DNA of 64,000 nucleotides from NCBI GenBank assembly GCA_002269645.1, contig NIVC01001745.1:1-64000 (forward strand), read 5' to 3'. Shown piece by piece: positions 56,934 through 64,000 of the stretch. Under the pieces are notes generated by a model. It saw only the letters and a list, made by a program, of their open reading frames with translations. It had not been told where the DNA came from and ran no database searches. Made by a program: the position numbers and the translations under genes. Source of the DNA: Macrostomum lignano (lineage: Eukaryota). Position 1 is the first letter of the stretch, and every line of letters begins with the position of its first letter.

Positions 56934-57557
56934 GCAGCAGTAGTAATAGTAGTAGTAACAGTAGTAGTAAAAACTCAAGTTACTCATAAAGAACAAATAG
57001 CGGTTATTAATAACCGCTGACTACTATTCTACTGCTTATGTGCATGCACATTAAGTAGTATAATCTTCAGCAAGTATAACAGTTAAGCACACAACACTAC
57101 ATGTAACTACGTAACTGCTATTTGGGCTACAGATCGATAGATTATACTATTCAATGCGTGCCCCTTAGTAGTAGTAGTAGTAGTCGCCCTTGATATTCAA
57201 TACTAAAAAGAAGGCACAAATCAACATACCTGCAATCGCTTAGAGTGTATCCGGCCAGCAATACTGACTGTCACGTCCTCAGTTTGGCCAGCCTGCAGAT
57301 GCCCATATTTGGCGATAAAATCGGTCAACGATATTGACACGTGAAATTTGTGCGGATAAGGCGTGGCGCCGCTCTCCTTCATGGCGCCAATTGCGGCGCT
57401 GCGCAACTCGAAGTACTTAGTGGGATCAATGTCGTCCATATCTATTGCTGCGGCTTTGGCGCCAGTCTTGTTGGCTGGGGCTGCCGCAGCTGCAGCGGCC
57501 TCCTTGGCGGCCTTCTCCTGCGCCTTCTGCTCGGCTTTGAGACGCCTCTTTTGCTCA
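52795..57557 (-). CDS. KARS1: Lysyl-tRNA synthetase (class II), 5' exon not located
   Basis: Exons 57557-57230, 56865-56516, 55470-54985, 54202-54061, 53181-52795 join in phase. Motifs [86 protein letters not shown] and [13 protein letters not shown]. Confidence 0.97.
53300..54030. repeat. ~40-bp intronic minisatellite (CCCCTCATCAGTCCCTCTGATGTTTGAGATGCCTGCTAAC)
   Basis: About 18 copies. Confidence 0.96.
54375..54925. repeat. Intronic GGGTGA-rich composite minisatellite
   Basis: TCTGGATGAAGGGTGAGGGTGAAGGG and GAGTGCAAGGTCTAGATAAA variants. Confidence 0.94.
55620..56450. repeat. ~33-bp intronic minisatellite (GAATCTCACCCTTAGAGAGCAGCAGGATGAA)
   Basis: Direct periodicity. Confidence 0.96.
56882..56970. 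repeat. (TAG)n trinucleotide microsatellite, intronic
   Basis: Direct reading. Confidence 0.9.
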
Positions 57558-59094
57558 CTAAATGTTCAGTTAACAGATTGGAGTTTGTTAATTTACAGCT
57601 AATATTGTGAACTTCTGAGATGCCAATGCTTATGAGGGAATTTCTCAGTTTCCAATGCTCACCACAGATACTAAAAGGCCACTTGGGCATATATACCTGG
57701 TAAAACAGCTGTCTACTTTCAGTTCAGTAACAAATAAGACTACATAAGCTATTTTATAAAAAGAAAAATTGGGTTGGGGGGGGGAAGTGTGGACAGGCGC
57801 AGTTGGAGGGTTTAGGCTGGGGGGGGGTAAGAGCCAATAAATGTGCCTTGGCTTCATAAATACATTAAAATCCTTGTTTAACTTACTACTGAACTGAAAG
57901 TAGCTTACACGCAAATGTGCTGAGTGGGTATCTGGTTATTCTAGTATCTGTGATGACAGTTTTTAATCAGTCTTAAGCTCATGCAAGAATGTATATTCCT
58001 TAGTTATTCAATAAATTTCATATTTTTAGGTTCATTTTACAAATTTAGGACAAAATGCATAAACTTTGATCTCTATTGCACAATTTCAGCCAATGGCCAT
58101 AATTGTGGATAGCATCTAGTGTAGATTGTCCCCTGGCAATGTAAGTGTAGTCTGGTATACTGGCAAAGGGAAATACAGTGCAGTTCAGACCTTGGCTGCA
58201 ATATTCCGTCAACTTTTCTGGCCATGTACTGAATGGATTGAAGGTGATATTTTTTCTGAGTATCCTTTGCAACTTTTCATGCATGCTTGGATTGAGGATA
58301 AATAAAAAAGACACCTGCAGAAATTTCCAACATGAAATATGCTAGAGAATTTAAATGATATTTCTGCTTACTACTTATGTATATACTGTATACTTGTTCA
58401 TTTGTATTGGCAATTGTACATGTACCATTTGTTTATTTGCATATATATGTTAAGTTGAGTAGAAATCACAAAATTGAAAATGGATAAAATGATAAACATG
58501 TACATGTATGTGCATATATGGTTTACATGTATATACTTGTACAAAAATAAAATAGCAGCAAAAATGAAAATATGATGTTAAGGATGCAAAATATGTAGCT
58601 CGTATTATTGCTATATATATATATATATATATATTTATATGCATGTCTTATAATTACATGAGCATATTTAATGAAAATATTGCATGTTGTCTATTCATAT
58701 ACAGTACAGTGTAGTCAATCTGTACATATATGTATATGAAATGCATAAAGATGATACATAAACACATGTACCAGTGGCATCTACCATGCATGGATTTAAA
58801 TGTATATGGTAGGGAGGGACAAAGCCAAGAATTCTACATATGCAGTGTATATTATTTTCAGAATTAGTATTGTCAATGCTCATTATGGTGCCATAGGCAC
58901 TATGTTTTGTCGCCTTAAAGCAAAATTATTGCAGATTACCATAACAGTTCAAAAGTTGAAGTTGGAAAGACAATTAAAGTGCATTGTTGGCACATGGCAC
59001 AGTTTTTCCTTGCCCCCCTCCCTAATGATGATGCCCCTGTGAATATATTTAAAAGCAAAAAAATCTGAGATATAACTATATATTAAAGCAAAAA

Positions 59095-59985
59095 TTAAGT
59101 CCCAATTGGGGGAACTAAGTCACAATTGAGAGGAACTAAATCACAATTGGGAGGAACTAAGTCGCAATTAGGAGAAACTAAGTCACAATTGGGAGGAACT
59201 AATTCACAATTGGGAGGAACTAAGTCATAATTGAGAGGAACTAAGTCACAATTGGGAGGAACTAAGTCATAATTGAGAGGAACTAAGTCATAATTGAGAG
59301 GAACTAAGTCACAATTGGGAGGAACTAAGTCATAATTGAGAGGAACTAAGTCACAATTGGGAGGAACTAAGTCATAATTGAGAGGAACTAAGTCACAATT
59401 GGGAGGAACTAAGTCATAATTGAGAGGAACTAAGTCACAATTGGGAGGAACTAAGTCACAATTGGGAGAAACTAAGTCACAATTGGGAGGAACTAAGTCA
59501 CAATTGGGAGGAAATAAGTCACAATTGAGAGGAACTAAGTCACAATTGGGAGGAACTAAGTCGCAATTGGGAGAAACTAAGTCACAATTGGGAGGAACTA
59601 AGTCATAATTGAGAGGAACTAAGTCACAATTGGGAGGAACTAAGTCACAATTGGGAGGAAATAAGTCACAATTGAGAGGAAATAAGTCACAATTGAGAGG
59701 AACTAAGTCACAATTGGGAGGAACTAAGTCACAATTGGGAGGAACTAAGTCACAATTGGGAGGAAATAAGTCACAATTGAGAGGAAATAAGTCACAATTG
59801 AGAGGAACTAAGTCACAATTGGGAGGAACTAAGTCACAATTGGGAGGAACTAAGTCACAATTGGGAGGAACTAAGTTGCAATTGGGAGGAACTAAGTTGC
59901 AATTGGGAGGAACTAAGTCACAATTAGGAGGAACTAAATCACAATAAGGAGAAACTAAGTTGCAATTGGGAAGAACTAAGTTGCA
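59095..59985. repeat. 21-bp minisatellite (AATTGGGAGGAACTAAGTCAC)
   Basis: About 42 copies. Confidence 0.97.
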
Positions 59986-60739
59986 AATCTAGACAAAACT
60001 AAGTTGTACCAGATGGGTGAAATTTTGAGGTTGGGCATATATGCATATGAATATGCACTTAGAGTAAAGGTAATATTGCTAGCTTTGATTTGCAATGATT
60101 TTAGCAGAGTGCATATGTAGTGATTGTAAACTGAAGGTGAGAGGGGGAAGGGTGCAAAGGTAAAGGGGATTTTTGATGCTTTCAAACTGGAATGAGCAGT
60201 GGTTTTCTGCGTGTGACTATTTGTCATATTTGACACGCTTTCCTATAGCCAACTTTGGTTCACAAACATTTTAATGGGAAACAAATTTAGGTGATTGTAA
60301 ACCAAAGGTGATATATAAGCTACTAGCTCAAACTTGCTACTTTACTTGACACATGGGACTATTTGATACCCTTTCCTATAGCCAGCTTTGGTTCACAATA
60401 ATTTTAATGGGAAACATATATTTGGATAATTGTAAACTGAAGATATACTTGTAAGCTACAATAATCTTAACCATCCTTTGAAATAGAGTTAGTTTGCCAA
60501 CTTTTTATTGGTTATTGGTTTTTATGTTTTACAACTATTTTAAGTGGTGATCGTCATTGTTTGAAATGATTGTAAACTAAAAGAATGCTAAAAAACCTAT
60601 AGTGCGAAAGGATAGGTATATGATGGAAAGTTCTGTTGTATACTAGGATCACCTGTCATACATATTGTACATTTCTCTTTTTTGGGGGGGGGTGCAAAGT
60701 ACTATTTTTGGTCTTCTTGAACTTTAGGTATGTAAAATA

Positions 60740-61733
60740 CGAGGGGTGTCCAAAAAGTAGTGATACTTTTAACCGTAGCTCTCGTTCTATAGCTTCCTGT
60801 GATTTAAAATTTTATGAACTGATAGCGGAAAAAATCTTTTACAGACTGCTTTTTGAATTTTTAAAATTGATACCAGAGAACAAAAGTTATACCCACGAAA
60901 GTAACAGTACCTGTACCATAGAGTTACACAAATTATATCGAAATTTATAATAGTTGACTTCTGCACTCATTCATTAAGAAGGCATCGATAAATGTCTTGT
61001 TTAAGCAATACCAAAGCCCAATTGCAATATGATGCTCACTGTGACTGACTGAAATTTGTCTATTGACGGGATCAGGCGCAGAAAAATAAAGCATTAAATT
61101 CATTACTTTACTTGCAAACAGAGGATCGCTTGCATTTTGCGATTCGTTCATGATTTCATTGCTCATACTCGACAACACACATGCATGTGCACTCAGTTGT
61201 TGCTCAGCAAAGTACCATCTTCACTCTTTGGGGCGCTGGCCATGGTGCCTCAGAAATTCACGCAAAACTTTGCTCTGCGCACGGATCCTCTGCGGTCAGC
61301 AAAATGACAGTTTATCGATGGATGGAGCAGTTCAGCGAGGGAAGGATTGACTTGGCAGATCAGCATTGGACGGGGCGGCCATACGTTCATCGACCTGATG
61401 TACTGGCGGACTCCATTCTGGATCTTCTTGACGAGGACTCCCGAATGACCATTAGAGAGATCGCTGACAGGTTGGACAAGCCGAAATCAACAATTCATCG
61501 AAGCTTACTCGGCATGGATCTCGTGAAGCTCAGCCTATAATTTGTGTAACTCTATGGTACGGGTGCTGTTACTTTTGTGGGTATAACTTTTGTTCTCTGG
61601 TATCAATTTTAAAACTTCAAAAAGCAGTCTGTAGAAGAGATTTTCCGCTATCAGTTCATAAAATTTTAAATCACAGGAAGCTACAGAACGAGAGCTACAG
61701 TTAAAAGTATCACTACTTTTTGGACACCCCTCG
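60740..61733 (+). mobile_element. Internally deleted Tc1/mariner (mariner-like) element with ~200-bp TIRs and TA target duplication
   Basis: TA|CGAGGGGTGTCCAAAAAGTAGTGATAC ... GTATCACTACTTTTTGGACACCCCTCG|TA; inverted identity extends over 60740-60937 vs 61537-61733; internal transposase N-terminal fragment. Confidence 0.92.
61181..61540 (+). pseudogene. Truncated mariner transposase (bipartite HTH DNA-binding region only)
   Basis: ASEIHAKL...SAVSKMTVYRWMEQF..G...L.D....GRP and EDSRMTIREIADRL..PKSTIHR match mariner N-termini; the frame stops in the right TIR before the WVP linker and DDD domain. Confidence 0.85.
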
Positions 61734-64000
61734 TACTTCAATTTTCTGATTATTCTGAAACTTTCACCAGAGTCTTAGATAGAGGCTGTCCAAAATGATA
61801 ATAAAGCAAAAAACTGCAAAAATTATCCTCAGAGGTAACAGGAGCTCGATTTGTTAAACTCCTATATAACTACTAGTAATTTGATACAAGCAGTTTTGGA
61901 GAATTGTGTTTGAAAGTTGAACTTTTTTTAGAATCATAACTTTCTAATGTAATATTTTCCAAAACTTTATGAAATCATTCTTAAAAAACATTTAGAGGAT
62001 TTGAATTTTATCTCTGAAAAAATAGTGTCTATTTTTATTTTTTTCACTCAATTTGTTATAGTGTAGTGAGAGTGCCACATCAGTTTACTTTTTTTAAAAA
62101 ATGCTGACTAATGGTGCCACCTACCCCTCACCACCCACTTTTTGATTCACTGTTGTTCCCTCATTGTTGATTACTACTAGCTGTATATTCTTTACTTGTT
62201 TACCTATACTAATTTCTACTAATCTGTGTTGTCTCAATTCTGAAGGTAACTACAGCTGCTAATATCAATTAGTTTTGATAGGATTATAATTTTTTCCATG
62301 GTTATATTTTTGATAAATTGTTGAATTTTTAATTTAAGCTTCATTTCAATTTTCTCCTTATTACCCCCCTCAGTCTCCAAATTTATCTACCTAATCTTCC
62401 ATAGACCCCCATGCCTTTATTCAAGTTTAGGTATGTAAAATCAATCCCCATGAAAATTTTCCCCACCCTAAAATCCCACATTCCCCATGCCCCAGTTGTT
62501 GACAATTGTTAGCCCCTCCCGAGACCTTCCCTCAGTCCATGAGTTTATCTACCTAATCTTCAATAGACTTCTATGCCTCTATTGAAGTTTAGGTACATAA
62601 AATAAATCCCCATGAAGATTCTTCCTGCTCTAACATCCCCATTCCCTATGCCTTGGTTGTTGGTAATTGTTAGCCCCCCCTTTGAGACTTGCCTCCCACC
62701 CCCTCAGTCTCTGAATTTATCTACCTAATCTTCAATAGACCCTTATACCTCTATTGAAGTTTAGGTACATAAAATCAATCCCCATAAAGAATCTCCCCAC
62801 CCTAAAACTCCCCATTCCCTATACCCTCGTAGTTGGCTTTAAGCTACAAAAAAATGAAGCTCAAATTTTGAAATCAGCATTATCAAAAACCCATAAACAC
62901 AAATATAATGATCCTATTAAAACTGCAACTATTTTATCTACCTAAAGTTCAAGAAGGCCATTTTTCAATCCCTGTCATACTATTATACAATAAGCCAAAA
63001 TTTAAATTCACATCGTTGTACATAGACATCTTTCTGCACTATGGCAAAAAACTATAGAAAAAATTATGATCCTATCAAATCTGCAACTACTTTTATTATC
63101 TACCTAAAGTTCAAAAAGTCCATAATGTTTAGCATATGCCACACTCCAGATCATGTAATATATGTCCAAAAATTTGGGCATGCATTGGCCTTGCATGCCA
63201 AAATTAGGCGTGCACAATTGGCATGCATCACTCTGAGAAAATAGTATGCATGCATACCTAGTGCGCACTTTATAGAATCACACGTAAAAGTTATTGTGAA
63301 ATAGAAAAAAGATGAAAAAAGTTCATTTTAAAGTGCAAATTTCAGCTTTCCAGTTTTTTCAAGGTCGTAAAGATCATTTAAACAAATCTTTACGTGTATA
63401 AATTTTCCACTATAAATTGTATAGCCAAAAAAGCATAAAAAACAACTAAATCATTTGGCAATAAGGGTTTATTACGCAATTTAAAAAAGGTATTTTATTG
63501 TCACAATATAAAAAAAGGTCATTTATTGTTGCAACAGTAGCGTATTTTTGAGAATGGGTGTGCACTATATTTTTTTCGGCATGCATTTATAAATATTCAA
63601 TTTTTGTTTGGGTATGCACCCAGCATGATCGAGACTATGGAGCATATAGCAATTGTCAAGTTTGGTTTATTAAATTATTTTGACTCCAAAAAAGTAAGGT
63701 ACAAACTATTTTAAGTACAAATAGCTATTTTATATATGGTACACTGGAAAAAGTGATATCCTCGCCATAAATTCAAGTTTATACCAGAAAAACAAATGTA
63801 CTTATGATATATATGTTATGTGCTAGCAATTGTTAAATTTTGTTCAATAAATAATTTTGACTTAGAAAAGTAAACTATGAACTAGGCCTATTTCAAATAC
63901 AAACAAATATTTTTAAGAGACTTAAGTCCAATTAAGCACTAATTCAATGCTTCAAAACTTGTTATAATGTATCTAACCCTAGAAAGCTACAATAGTCTAT

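Larger units (their letters stand above)
60220..63130. repeat. Region of long degenerate repeats: ~125-bp tandem pair (60220-60460), ~170-bp unit x3 (62365-62830), paired units 62895-62960 and 63060-63125; probable old transposon-derived DNA
   Basis: Recurring TTTCCTATAGCCA.CTTTGGTTCACA, ATTTATCTACCTAATCTTC.ATAGAC and TACCTAAAGTTCAA motifs in direct and inverted orientation. Confidence 0.7.

Overview
Eukaryotic (animal) genomic DNA with GC-rich spliced exons separated by introns and spacers that nearly all carry their own mini- or microsatellite. The style resembles the flatworm Macrostomum lignano, but that is an inference, not a database match. Eight genes were reconstructed by hand with phase-consistent GT-AG junctions: a C3orf20/FAM194-domain gene (+, 5' end upstream of the window), an uncharacterised gene (-), a GPI-type ENPP4/5-like phosphodiesterase (-), a secreted EGF/laminin-G protein with pikachurin-like architecture (+), and a co-oriented minus-strand run of KARS, RPL13A, PEN-2 and POP7. 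Mobile DNA includes a tRNA/CORE-type SINE, MITE-like elements and a deleted mariner with ~200-bp TIRs. The most notable unexplained structures are a ~1.4-kb GC-rich diverged fold-back inside one intron, the operon-like PEN-2/POP7 packing with splice acceptors just upstream of the ATGs, and repeat units that carry splice-site or promoter motifs. Most long ORFs in the supplied track are artefacts of tandem repeats.
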